Shown: piece by piece, positions 20,837-30,793 of the stretch
Numbering within the stretch: the stretch's first letter is position 1
Layout of the letters: each line of letters starts with the position of its first letter
Origin: Planctomycetota bacterium
GTDB lineage: Bacteria > Planctomycetota > UBA8108 > SXIK01
DNA length: 64,000 nucleotides
Reading direction: 5' to 3'
NCBI GenBank assembly: GCA_965223265.1
Contig: OZ244999.1
Coordinates: 6,304,001 to 6,368,000 of the forward strand
Notes under the pieces: model-generated
The model's database searches: none
The model's input: the letters and a program-made list of their open reading frames with translations, nothing else
Told to the model about the DNA's origin: nothing
Made by a program: the position numbers and the translations under genes

Positions 20837-23800
20837 ATGTCTCGGCTCTCCGCTCTTCGAGGCAGATATCAGCTGAAACGCGAACTATCGCGGCACCGCG
20901 AAAGCTGCGTCTACGCCGCCGAGGATCGTCTGCTCGGCGAGCGCTGCGCCGCGAAGATCTTTCGCTGCACCGACTCAGCAAGCTATGAACGCGCTCGCAA
21001 GGAGTATGAAACCCTACGGCGCGTTCAGCACCCCGGCGTTGCGCACGTCTACGACTTCGGTCGCCTTGACTCGGACGACGCGCGCGATACGGGCCCCCTG
21101 TTCGCACCGCAGGAAGGGAGCGCCGAGCCGCGCACCGAAGCCTGCGCCTACTTGATCACGCAGTTTTACGACGGCCTCAACCTGAGGAACGCATTCCTAC
21201 GCTTGGGCAACTCCGCCGAGCACAACGGCGAGCATCCGAGCCATCTCGACGACGCAGCCTGGGAGGTCTTTCTTCGCAGCGTCGCCGACCTCTCCCATGC
21301 GCTCCACGCCATCCACCAAGCCGGATTGATCCACTACGACATCAAGCCGGACAACCTCATCCTTGCCGGCGAAAGCCCGAAGTTTCAGCCCAAAATCATC
21401 GACTTTGGACTGTCGAGCGAAACGACGACGCCGCTCGGAGATCGGGTACCCGGTACAGTTCCATTCATCGCACCCGAAGTCCTGCTCCGGCGAAACCCCG
21501 ATCCCCGGAGCGACCTCTACTCCCTCGGCGTGTCGATCGCATTCGCCGTCAGCGGACGCTACCCGTACTCCGGGCCGAATGAGGAAGAATGGTTGAAAGC
21601 AGCGATGAGCGGCGATGTGCTATCGCTCGACGAACTCTGCCCAGAGGCTCCGGGTGTGCTTACGGAGGTGGTTTCTGATCTCCTGGCGCCAGACCCTCTG
21701 CTCAGACCGAAGAACGCGCTGGCGGTCGCTCGTCGCCTGACAGCGCAGAGCGACTCACCTTGGACACCACCGGCTGCGGCTGCCAGCCGGCGTGCGCCGG
21801 CGGTTGGCTGGGAGTCCCAGCTCGGCAAGGTGCGTGTCGAAATCGAGCAGCTGCGACGTGACGAACACGAGAGTGGACTGATTCTCGTCGAAGGCGGACA
21901 CGATCAATTCGCGGACGAATTCATGGATGCCGTCGAAACGCTCGCTCGTGGCGAAGGCGTCACGGTCTTCCGCGCTTGGTGCCATTTGCCGCGTCGCTTC
22001 GCCTACCAACCGTTTGCGGAGCTGGCAAGGCAGTTACAGTTCGATGTGGAGCTCAACGCCCCCCGTTTCGCGCACTTCGCCGAGGCGGTCGCTCGCATCA
22101 CCCCGGTGGCGACGGCACCGGCTCCCCTCCCTCAGCTCCCACAAGAGACTGATTCCGTCCGCTTCCTCGCTCTACTCACGGACTTTTTCCTCGCTGTCAG
22201 CGCCGACAGACCAGTCATCTTTTGCATCCGCGATCTCGAGTCAGCCGGGGCCGAGTCGCTGGATCTCCTGACGTCGATTCTACGCAACCTCAAACCGGCT
22301 GTGGCGCCGGAAGCGGGGCTGTCAGGTCAGCTCCAGCGTCCTCCAGCACGGCTCATGATCGTCGCAACCTTTGCCGACGAGGACTCGGAGCGAGATGGAG
22401 ACCCGCGGATTGCCACCGCCGCGCAGCGAGTCCGGAAGCTCGCGGACGAGCCCCGCGCACGCCTCCTGGCACTCGAGGACCTTACGCTTGAGCAAACCGA
22501 CGAGTGGCTCCGAACTCGATCGCCGCAAATCCGATTGCCGGCCGAATCGCTCCGGCGGATCCATGAAGTGACGATGGGAGCGCCGCGCAGGCTTGACGCC
22601 GCGCTCCGCCGACTCGAAGCCTCCGCTTCGGAGTGCTCGTCCTCAGCAGACCGCGGCCGGGAGGCAGACGACCCTGCAGCGCTGCATCGCCACGTGCTGA
22701 GCCTACCGCCTACGTCGAGCGCGTCTCTTCAAGCCCGTGCGACCGACCTGCCCCCGGCTGCAGCCGCGCTCCTGGAGCTCCTGCTGGTCGCACGTGGCGC
22801 GGCCCCTTTCGCCATGTTGTCCATGGCACAGCAGGGCGGATCGACGAAGTCCGACGGGCAAGGCGCAGCGAGCGACACCTCTGTCGCCAACGCCGAGCGC
22901 GGAGCACCAGACGTCAGCCTGGACGAACATGCCGTCGCAGCGCTCGTTGAAACAGGCTTCGTCCGGGTTTGGGACGGAATCGAGGGAAAGGAACTCCACC
23001 TCACATCCAGAGAGTACCGCTACCAGGAGTATCGACGGATTCCGTTCGAACGTCGCACCGAGTTACACCGGAGTCTCGCCAAGGCGGCGCGCACCCTCAG
23101 TGCGAGCTGTCGCTGTCGGATCTCGGAGGACGCCATCTACCATGCCCGGCTCGGAGCGTGTCCAGTTCTCTTTTACGATCAGTCGCTCCGCGGCGTGGAA
23201 AGGCTGGCCAAGGTTCACGCAACGAACGCTGCGATCGATCTCGCCGAAGCGGCGCTCGGGGAACTCAGCGTCGTTGTCGGCCAGGTAGATGCCACATCGG
23301 GGATGAGCCTCGCCGATGGCGACGACCACGACAGAAGCGATCAGTCCTTTCCCGCCGGGCACACCTCCCACGCGCGTACGGTGCTCAATGAGCTCCTGGC
23401 AACCCTCTACTCGGCGCACGGTAACGGCACCAAGTCCCTCGAAAAATTGACGGTGCTCTCGTCGCTTTTCGACGCTTCGACAAACCCCGAAGGCTTGGCG
23501 TCCGTCTATCGCAGGATCGGCGAGCTCTATCTAGAGGGATCTGATCACACCAACGGCCTCTTTTTTCTCGAGCGAGCACTACTCATTCTGCGCGGACCTG
23601 ACGGCGAGTCGTCGACACAGACCAAGTTTCGGATCCGCGACGAAAAGATGAAGACCCTCCTTTTGATGGCACGTCATCTCCTGAAGAGGGAGGAGACCGG
23701 GCGAGCAGTCGACGTGCTCGAACAGTGCTTACGTCTAAGCGATGATGCGACCCAGACGCACCGCAATACTGTCGAGCGGTGCCGTGCTCTGCTCCTTTTG

Positions 23801-26800
23801 GCCGGAGTCGCGCATTCAGGAGCAGAGCGTGAGCGCGCCAAGGCGTTGCGCTCCTCGGCTGCGGCCGTTGCCAGCGCCTCGCATCTGCCATGGCTACGGA
23901 TGGAAGTTCTCGGTGTGCTTGGTGCGCACGCCAAAGACGTCGGCGAGTTCGACGCTGCAATCGCTCTGCTCGAAGAGCGCATCGCAATCGCGGCGGAGTG
24001 CCACAGCAAACTAGATCTTGCCTCGTCGCACACGACGTTGGGAACCGCGTACTACGGCAAAGGGAATCGACGTCAGGCGCTTGATTGCTACTTTCAAGCC
24101 CTACAACTGAGCCACGAAACCGGGGACACGAAGGGACTCGCCGACAGTTACATAAACCTTGGCAACGTCCATCGATTGACGGATGACCTGACACAAGCGC
24201 GAGGCTGCTACACCGAAGCAATCAGCCTCTACAGCCGTGTCAACGACCAGCTGGGCATGGCGCGCGGCATGAGCAATCTGGCCTCGATACTCGAACTCGA
24301 GGGCAAGTACAACGAAGGCATCGACTACGCTTATCGCGCGCTCCAAAAACGGAAGAAAAACGGGGTCGTCACTGACATTGCGTTCTCGTACTACAGACTT
24401 GGACATCTCTATCAGTCAAAAGGTGAGTTGTCGAAAGCCCTAAACTATGCCGAGCGCAGTTTCCGTATGCGCCAGCAAGCAAATGAAAGGCTTGGACTCG
24501 CCAACTCGCAGCTGCAACTGGCGCAAATTCATCTCGCGCAGTCCAAGCTCACTGCCGCGCTCAAGTACTGCTATCGCACCTATCGAGAGTTTCAATCTCT
24601 GAAAAATGAAGTCGGGGCGCTATTCGCCCGCGACGTGTTCGCGCGCGTTCTCCTCGAAATCGGTCGACATGAGAGCGCGCGGCGAATCACTCTCAAGGTG
24701 TTGGAAAAAGCAAGACGGCTGCAACAGCCGGTGCTCGTGGCATCATGCCTCATGCAGTTGGCACGCATCTCATCGTATCTGGGCGACGAATTCCGCGCGG
24801 AGCGTGAGCTCTCAGAAGCAGAGACACTTTTTCGCAGCGCCGCCAATCAGCGAGAGCTTGCGACGGTTTTGTTGGCTCAAGCGCATCTACAGTTCGATTG
24901 TGGCCACACAAAAAAAGCGGAGCGGCTCGCGTCGGAAGCGTACGAGATCTTGGAGCGGCTCGGCATTCGTGATCTTGTGCCCCGTTACTTTCTGCTCCGA
25001 GGACGCATCGAGCTTCGGCGCAGCGGGCGGCGCGACCCCGTGGAGGCAGAGAAACTTTTGACCCGCGGACTTTTGGAAGCACGCGAGTCGAATCTGCCCG
25101 ATCTCGTGTGGCGCTTTCATTTCTTCTTCGGCGACCTCGAAGCTGTCAACGGACACATCGCCCGTGCACGCCTGCAGTATGAGAAGGCAGCGAGCGTCCT
25201 CGACGACATCGCCACCGGACTGCCGCCGAGCGGTGCTCGCAGCTTCCGCCAGGAGCGCCATCGCCACGCGGTTTGGGAGCGCCTCGACTCACTGGAGACG
25301 CACGATGACCCTGCAGCTGAGCAGAGTATAGATTCCGAGAGCGAAGGGACTTCTCAAGGCGCGGCGGATTTTCTGGAAATCCACCGTGAGATCCTCAAGC
25401 TTCACGAGGTTGCCGGACTGCTTGGTGACGAGAGCGACCTCGAGAAACTGCTGGAACAGATATTGGATGCGGTTCTCGAACTCGTCGACGCTGAACGCGG
25501 CTTTATTCTCTGGCACCATGGCACGGCCGCGACAGACTACGTTGTGGCTCGCTCGGTCCGGGGACGCGAAATCGACAACCCACGCGCACTCGTCAGTCGA
25601 TCGGTCGCTTCTCAAGTGCTTGAGAGCGGTGCTCCATTGGTCGTCCGTGACGCAATCGTCGACGAAGGACTCAAGAGCTCAGAGAGCATTCGCAATCTGC
25701 ACATTCGCTCGCTGATCTGTCTGCCGCTCCGCTTTCGCAAGAAAGTCATCGGCGTCATCCACCTCGACAACACCAGCAGGAAAGACGCGTTTCTGGAGTC
25801 CGACGCTCGTCTCCTGCAGGCGTTCGCAGATCAAGCCGCTGTCGCCATCCAAACAGCGCTTCTCTTCGGGGAGAACAAGCGCCAGACGGCAGCTCTGCGA
25901 GCGGCGAACGCAGAACTGGACCGATTGAATCTGAAACTGCAGCAAAAGGTTCACCGCCAATCCACCCAACTAGCGATCGCCGAAGAGAACTTGAGGGACC
26001 AACAGCTGAAACTCGAAGAGCGCTATCGCTTCGATACGATCGTCGGACGCTCGCGACCGATGCAGCTGCTCTACCACCTGCTTGAGCGCATCTCGCCAAC
26101 CGATCTGTCAGTGTTAATCGAAGGAGAGAGCGGCACAGGAAAAGAATTGATCGCACGAGCGATTCACTACAACAGCCATCGAAAAAGCGGTCGGTTCGTC
26201 TCCGTCAATTGCGCCGCGCTCTCTGACGACTTGTTGGAGACGGAGCTCTTCGGTCACGTCCGCGGAGCTTTCACTGGCGCGCTCTCCAATCGACGCGGCC
26301 TATTCGACGAAGCACACAACGGATCACTGTTTCTCGACTCCGTCGGCGACATGAGCCCGCAGCTACAAAACAAACTCCTCCGCGTCCTGCAGGAAGGCGA
26401 ATTCCGACGCGTCGGCGCTAAGGAGGTAACCCAGGTCAACGTACGGATCATCTCGGCGTCGGATAGCGAACTCGACCAGGCCGTCAACTCCGGCGCCTTC
26501 AGGAAGGATCTCTACTTCCGGCTCAACGGTGTCTTGATTCCCGTTCCGCCGCTACGCGATCGCGCGGAGGACATTCCGCTGCTGGTCGAGCACTTCTGCA
26601 ATGAAGCACGCGGCGACAACAGCATCAAGTTCACGCGTGGAGCCATCCAGCAACTGATGGGCTACTCGTGGCCTGGCAACGTGCGGGAGCTGAAGACGAC
26701 TGTCGAGAAGGCCGCTGTCATGCGCGACGGTGAGCCGGTCCGCGCGCAGGACCTCGGACTCGCCGCAGGTCAGCAAGTCGACCTTCCGAAGCTGCGGGAG

Positions 26801-26968
26801 GCGCGCGATCGCTTCGAGCGCGACTACCTTCTGGCTTGTCTCGGGCAGAATCAGAGCGTCTCGAAGGCGGCTCAGCGCTGCGGCATTTCCCGGGAGACGT
26901 TTTATCGGCTCATGCGTAAGCATGGCCTGACGACCGAGCCCCGGGGAGGCAGCAGCCCCCTCTCATGA
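20837..26968 (+). CDS. Multidomain Ser/Thr kinase-(degenerate AAA)-TPR-GAF-sigma-54 activator, 2043 aa
   Basis: Kinase motifs HYDIKPDN, DFG, GTVPFIAPE, SDLYSLG; many TPRs; GAF (RSLICLPL); GESGTGKE, GAFTGA, WPGNVREL; C-terminal HTH. Confidence 0.92.
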   Translation: MSRLSALRGRYQLKRELSRHRESCVYAAEDRLLGERCAAKIFRCTDSASYERARKEYETLRRVQHPGVAHVYDFGRLDSDDARDTGPLFAPQEGSAEPRTEACAYLITQFYDGLNLRNAFLRLGNSAEHNGEHPSHLDDAAWEVFLRSVADLSHALHAIHQAGLIHYDIKPDNLILAGESPKFQPKIIDFGLSSETTTPLGDRVPGTVPFIAPEVLLRRNPDPRSDLYSLGVSIAFAVSGRYPYSGPNEEEWLKAAMSGDVLSLDELCPEAPGVLTEVVSDLLAPDPLLRPKNALAVARRLTAQSDSPWTPPAAAASRRAPAVGWESQLGKVRVEIEQLRRDEHESGLILVEGGHDQFADEFMDAVETLARGEGVTVFRAWCHLPRRFAYQPFAELARQLQFDVELNAPRFAHFAEAVARITPVATAPAPLPQLPQETDSVRFLALLTDFFLAVSADRPVIFCIRDLESAGAESLDLLTSILRNLKPAVAPEAGLSGQLQRPPARLMIVATFADEDSERDGDPRIATAAQRVRKLADEPRARLLALEDLTLEQTDEWLRTRSPQIRLPAESLRRIHEVTMGAPRRLDAALRRLEASASECSSSADRGREADDPAALHRHVLSLPPTSSASLQARATDLPPAAAALLELLLVARGAAPFAMLSMAQQGGSTKSDGQGAASDTSVANAERGAPDVSLDEHAVAALVETGFVRVWDGIEGKELHLTSREYRYQEYRRIPFERRTELHRSLAKAARTLSASCRCRISEDAIYHARLGACPVLFYDQSLRGVERLAKVHATNAAIDLAEAALGELSVVVGQVDATSGMSLADGDDHDRSDQSFPAGHTSHARTVLNELLATLYSAHGNGTKSLEKLTVLSSLFDASTNPEGLASVYRRIGELYLEGSDHTNGLFFLERALLILRGPDGESSTQTKFRIRDEKMKTLLLMARHLLKREETGRAVDVLEQCLRLSDDATQTHRNTVERCRALLLLAGVAHSGAERERAKALRSSAAAVASASHLPWLRMEVLGVLGAHAKDVGEFDAAIALLEERIAIAAECHSKLDLASSHTTLGTAYYGKGNRRQALDCYFQALQLSHETGDTKGLADSYINLGNVHRLTDDLTQARGCYTEAISLYSRVNDQLGMARGMSNLASILELEGKYNEGIDYAYRALQKRKKNGVVTDIAFSYYRLGHLYQSKGELSKALNYAERSFRMRQQANERLGLANSQLQLAQIHLAQSKLTAALKYCYRTYREFQSLKNEVGALFARDVFARVLLEIGRHESARRITLKVLEKARRLQQPVLVASCLMQLARISSYLGDEFRAERELSEAETLFRSAANQRELATVLLAQAHLQFDCGHTKKAERLASEAYEILERLGIRDLVPRYFLLRGRIELRRSGRRDPVEAEKLLTRGLLEARESNLPDLVWRFHFFFGDLEAVNGHIARARLQYEKAASVLDDIATGLPPSGARSFRQERHRHAVWERLDSLETHDDPAAEQSIDSESEGTSQGAADFLEIHREILKLHEVAGLLGDESDLEKLLEQILDAVLELVDAERGFILWHHGTAATDYVVARSVRGREIDNPRALVSRSVASQVLESGAPLVVRDAIVDEGLKSSESIRNLHIRSLICLPLRFRKKVIGVIHLDNTSRKDAFLESDARLLQAFADQAAVAIQTALLFGENKRQTAALRAANAELDRLNLKLQQKVHRQSTQLAIAEENLRDQQLKLEERYRFDTIVGRSRPMQLLYHLLERISPTDLSVLIEGESGTGKELIARAIHYNSHRKSGRFVSVNCAALSDDLLETELFGHVRGAFTGALSNRRGLFDEAHNGSLFLDSVGDMSPQLQNKLLRVLQEGEFRRVGAKEVTQVNVRIISASDSELDQAVNSGAFRKDLYFRLNGVLIPVPPLRDRAEDIPLLVEHFCNEARGDNSIKFTRGAIQQLMGYSWPGNVRELKTTVEKAAVMRDGEPVRAQDLGLAAGQQVDLPKLREARDRFERDYLLACLGQNQSVSKAAQRCGISRETFYRLMRKHGLTTEPRGGSSPLS

Positions 26969-26975
26969 ACAGAGA

Positions 26976-28061
26976 ATGAGTTTGCACGACCCAAAAGTCA
27001 GCCGTACGATGAACCCGTCGAGCGGGGCCTCCCGACGTCGGATCGCCCGATTTCGGGTCGCGCCCAGTCTGCAGCCGTGGAATGACGAGAAGGGATGTGT
27101 GGCGATGGGGCCAATCGCGACACCTAATGGGCCGATGCGACCACAGACCTCCGCCGCGTGGCGGGTCGCGACAACCAGCGCGTCAAGACAGCGCCTGGCA
27201 TGCCGCCGATTCCCTCGCCCCGCCGGGGCTGCCATGGCAGTGGCACTGACGGTGTTCACGACCCTGCTGCTGGTGGTCGGCGCTGGGCTCTGGAGCGGAC
27301 GCGCGGTAGCAAAGCCGGCCACGGGTTGGGGGCAGCTCCCCCCGATCTACGAGGCCATGCTCGAGGAGGCCGCAGCCGCTGAGACCCTAGAGGTCGTACA
27401 GCGCACAGAGCTCGTCGTTCGCGGCCCGAACGATGGCGAACCGGCGGGAAGCCGGTATCTCGAGCTGACAGCGACCACAAACTACCAGCGTAGTGCCGAG
27501 ATCAACGCGTACATGGAGAACGTGCTCGTTGGCTCTGTGGTCTTACCGCGCAGCGATGGCGACGGCCGCGTCACGGTCGAGGTGAGACTTTCGGTACCGG
27601 AGCTGGAGCGCCAACTCGGTCGTCAACTCACGAGTCCCGACGGGCCAGCACCGAGGTTTTCGGTGACGTTGATTGACCGTGCGACGCGCTCCCTCAAGGC
27701 TGTGGCAGCATGGCGCATGCCGCGGTCGAAGCCTTGGCTCGAGCCTCGAGAACTTAGCGATTGGAACGAACTACGCATCGGATCGGATTTCGACGTGGCG
27801 GCATGGGCACACCTGCCAACCGGCGTGACTTATTTCGTCGTCGCGGCCGGGGCTGACGCCGAGTCGCTGCATCTCTCACCCGAGCGCCCCGAGCTCTACG
27901 AAAAGGCACGGATCGTTGTGGGCGGCATGCCTTCGCCGGAGATTCAGGACGCCGGAGGACTTGATCTGTCGCTAAGGGTCAGCCGAGGGACGTACGTCGT
28001 TCTGTGGGCGCTCACGCCCAATGGCTGGAAGCGATCGACCGTTTACAAAGTGGTCCCCTGA
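26976..28061 (+). CDS. Hypothetical exported/membrane-anchored protein
   Basis: Long ORF with a hydrophobic segment (MAVALTVFTTLLLVVGAGLW). The true start is probably downstream, e.g. 27235. Confidence 0.6.
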   Translation: MSLHDPKVSRTMNPSSGASRRRIARFRVAPSLQPWNDEKGCVAMGPIATPNGPMRPQTSAAWRVATTSASRQRLACRRFPRPAGAAMAVALTVFTTLLLVVGAGLWSGRAVAKPATGWGQLPPIYEAMLEEAAAAETLEVVQRTELVVRGPNDGEPAGSRYLELTATTNYQRSAEINAYMENVLVGSVVLPRSDGDGRVTVEVRLSVPELERQLGRQLTSPDGPAPRFSVTLIDRATRSLKAVAAWRMPRSKPWLEPRELSDWNELRIGSDFDVAAWAHLPTGVTYFVVAAGADAESLHLSPERPELYEKARIVVGGMPSPEIQDAGGLDLSLRVSRGTYVVLWALTPNGWKRSTVYKVVP

Positions 28062-28322
28062 CATCCCCGCCGCCGCCGCAGGCTGCCGATGAGAGGTGTG
28101 AACTCGCCCACCTCGTCTGAGGTAGTGCGGCCCGAATCGTGGCCGCAAACGTGGACCGGGCGCCGCCACCGCGGCCCGACGACGATTTCCGAGCAATGAG
28201 CCCCCCGGAAATCGCCGAGAAGCCGGCGGATCCGCAGCCACGGCAAGCTACCCGCCAGACTCCCCGTGCGCTGCAGCGAACGAGAAGCGACCCGCGCTCA
28301 ACCCGAAGCGTGTGGCCGCCGG

Positions 28323-28373
28323 CTGTTAAATCGCTTTAACAGAATCGTCCGGATTGTGTCATTAAACTGACAA
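28323..28373. promoter_or_regulatory. Palindromic operator-like sites upstream of the sigma factor
   Basis: CTGTTAAA-N4-TTTAACAG (28323-28342) and GTGTCA-N6-TGACAA (28356-28373) in an AT-rich patch. Confidence 0.4.
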
Positions 28374-28596
28374 CTTTTGGACATTCCCTTCGTCGCGCTG
28401 CCACCGGGATGACCCGTAACCGCCTGCTACCAAGGGAAATACGCCGCTGTACGGGTGTTTTCCAGAATCTGGCCTAGGGTTTGCTCCTTCGTCCCCCGTG
28501 ACTCGTCTCTCCCGTCGCGTTCAGTGGAACGGTCGCGACCCTCCCCGAGCTACGGTCATTCGATCGTGACGTAGCGCCCGCCCCACCAGGAGGTGA

Positions 28597-30171
28597 ATGT
28601 TGAAGATCGAATCGATTCTTCCGCGCCTGATCAAAGCGTTCGCCGAGCAGAAGAAAGCCAGCGTTGATCAGATCATGGACCAAGCGCCGGACGTTGAGCC
28701 TGATTCTCCGGAATTCCGGCAGATTCTCGCCGCCCTCAGCGAAGAAGGAATCCGCGTCACTGACGACGCCGACGAAGAGAACTCACCTCTGGAAGACAAT
28801 CGCGACGACGAAGCGGCGGCGATCCGGAAGTTAGACGATCCGATCCGGATGTACTTTTCGCAAATGGCACGCATCCCGCTTCTGACGCGTGAGCAAGAGA
28901 TCACGCTCGCCAGGGAGCTCGAGGAGTCGCGCAACGCACTCCGTGTTCTCATCTACTCAACGCGACTCGGTCAAACGCAAGCCCTCGATCTTCTCGAGCT
29001 CGTGCTCAACAAAGAGATCTTCGTCGAGAAGGTATTGGACGTGAACCTGTCGCGCAAAGGTGAGCGACACGAGTTCTTTCAGAAGCTCGCGAAGTCAGCA
29101 GACGATCTCCGCCGCCAGTTGGAACGTAACACCGCTGATTTCGCTGAGCTCCACCAGCTCCCAAGCCGTTCCCCCAAGCGTGCGGTTGTCGAAAAACGGC
29201 TACGTCGACGCATTCAACGTGTCGTCAAACTTCTCGACGCCTATCAGATCAAGACGAAGTATCTAACGCGCTGGAAAACGATGATGGTCCGATTGGCCAA
29301 GGATGTCGGCCAATCCTTTCCGACCTCCGTGCCCCAAAAAGGGCTCTCTCAGCTACCAGCGATGACTCATGTCAACAAGGCGCTTTTCGAGTCCTATCCG
29401 GAATTCGTCGAGCGGTCCCAGCGTGTTGACGAGGAGTTTCATCGCTACGAGCGCGCCAAGAGCGATCTATCGTCGGCAAACCTGCGCCTCGTCGTCAGCG
29501 TCGCCAAGAGGTATCGCAAGCGCGGACTCTCGTTCTTGGATTTGATCCAAGAAGGCAACACCGGGCTCATGCGCGCGACCGAAAAGTTTGAGTACCGCAA
29601 GGGTTATAAGTTCTCCACCTATGCCACGTGGTGGATTCGACAAGCGATCTCACGTGCGATTGCTGAAAAATCCCGCATGATTCGTCTACCGGTCTACATG
29701 TCCGAGACGATGTCGAAGCTGATGACCGCGACGCGGGAACTTGATCAGACGACAGGCGAAGCCCCCGACATCATGGACCTCGCCGACGAGCTGAACCTAC
29801 CGCGCGAGGAAATCCGCAAGGCGCTCAAACTGTCACGGCCGCCGATCTCAATGAACAGCCCTCTCGGTGACGACGACGACTGCACGTTCGAAGAGTTCAT
29901 CGAAGATCCAAGCACGGACTCTCCGACTGCCAATCTCAACCGAGACATGCTCAAAACTCGGTTGGAGGACGTGCTGCAGTCGCTCAGCTTGCGAGAGCGT
30001 GAAGTCGTCAAGATGCGTTTCGGCATTGGGCGCGACAGCACCTACACGCTTGAGGAGCTCGGCAAAAAATTCAAGGTGACGCGGGAACGTATCCGCCAGA
30101 TCGAGATCCGCGCTCTCAAGAAGCTACAGCACCCAGTTCGCAGCCGCATGCTGGAAGGGTTCCTGGAGTAG
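28597..30171 (+). CDS. RpoD/SigA-family sigma-70 factor
   Basis: Region 1.2 [51 protein letters not shown] and [10 protein letters not shown]; AGGAGG RBS. Confidence 0.95.
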   Translation: MLKIESILPRLIKAFAEQKKASVDQIMDQAPDVEPDSPEFRQILAALSEEGIRVTDDADEENSPLEDNRDDEAAAIRKLDDPIRMYFSQMARIPLLTREQEITLARELEESRNALRVLIYSTRLGQTQALDLLELVLNKEIFVEKVLDVNLSRKGERHEFFQKLAKSADDLRRQLERNTADFAELHQLPSRSPKRAVVEKRLRRRIQRVVKLLDAYQIKTKYLTRWKTMMVRLAKDVGQSFPTSVPQKGLSQLPAMTHVNKALFESYPEFVERSQRVDEEFHRYERAKSDLSSANLRLVVSVAKRYRKRGLSFLDLIQEGNTGLMRATEKFEYRKGYKFSTYATWWIRQAISRAIAEKSRMIRLPVYMSETMSKLMTATRELDQTTGEAPDIMDLADELNLPREEIRKALKLSRPPISMNSPLGDDDDCTFEEFIEDPSTDSPTANLNRDMLKTRLEDVLQSLSLREREVVKMRFGIGRDSTYTLEELGKKFKVTRERIRQIEIRALKKLQHPVRSRMLEGFLE

Positions 30172-30187
30172 GACTCGATAGAGCACC

Positions 30188-30793
30188 TCAGCACTCGCGG
30201 AGCAGACCGCTGTAGAGCTTTTCGAGCTGCTCGAGGTAGCCACTGCAGCGAGTAGCGGCACGCTCGGCTTCCGCTGCCGTGAGAAACGGCAGGTTTGCGT
30301 CGACATTCAGACGCGTTGCGCGGTAAGTCGCACGGGTAAACTCTACTGCAGCCCAGAGATCGCTCTGCGCACGCAAAGGCGACTCGGCGTCGAGTTCGCG
30401 CAAACGCACTGCTAGTTTGAGCAGGGAGAGGCAATTCTCCAGCGTCGCAAGGGGCACACGTGTGGCTTCCGTCGCGGCAGCCGACTTTGCAGCCTCACGC
30501 TTGGCGCGTTCGGTGTCGCTTCGCCGTGGAAGCCGCAGCGCCGCCATAAAACCTTCGAATGCCCGCATGTCCTCGCCTTCGAGCTGCTCGAAACGGCGGC
30601 TGATCTGTACGGCGTCGTCGAGCAACGCTTCGAGTTCCCGACGACGGGCCTCATCGCCAGTCTTCGGCAGGGTGATTCCAACGACCATCTGGAGGAGCGA
30701 GCTGGCGAAACGCCCCACCCGCGCCGCCGCCGCGCCGCCGCCGGGAGTGGCGGTAGCGGCGGCCAATCGCTCCTCGAACGCGCTGTCAGCCAT
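30188..30793 (-). CDS. Cyclodeaminase/cyclohydrolase (FTCD_C) family protein
   Basis: ATPGGGAAAA, EDMRAFEGFMAALRLPR, ATRVPL and LNVDANL; start overlaps the truD end. Confidence 0.85.
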   Translation of the reverse strand: MADSAFEERLAAATATPGGGAAAARVGRFASSLLQMVVGITLPKTGDEARRRELEALLDDAVQISRRFEQLEGEDMRAFEGFMAALRLPRRSDTERAKREAAKSAAATEATRVPLATLENCLSLLKLAVRLRELDAESPLRAQSDLWAAVEFTRATYRATRLNVDANLPFLTAAEAERAATRCSGYLEQLEKLYSGLLREC

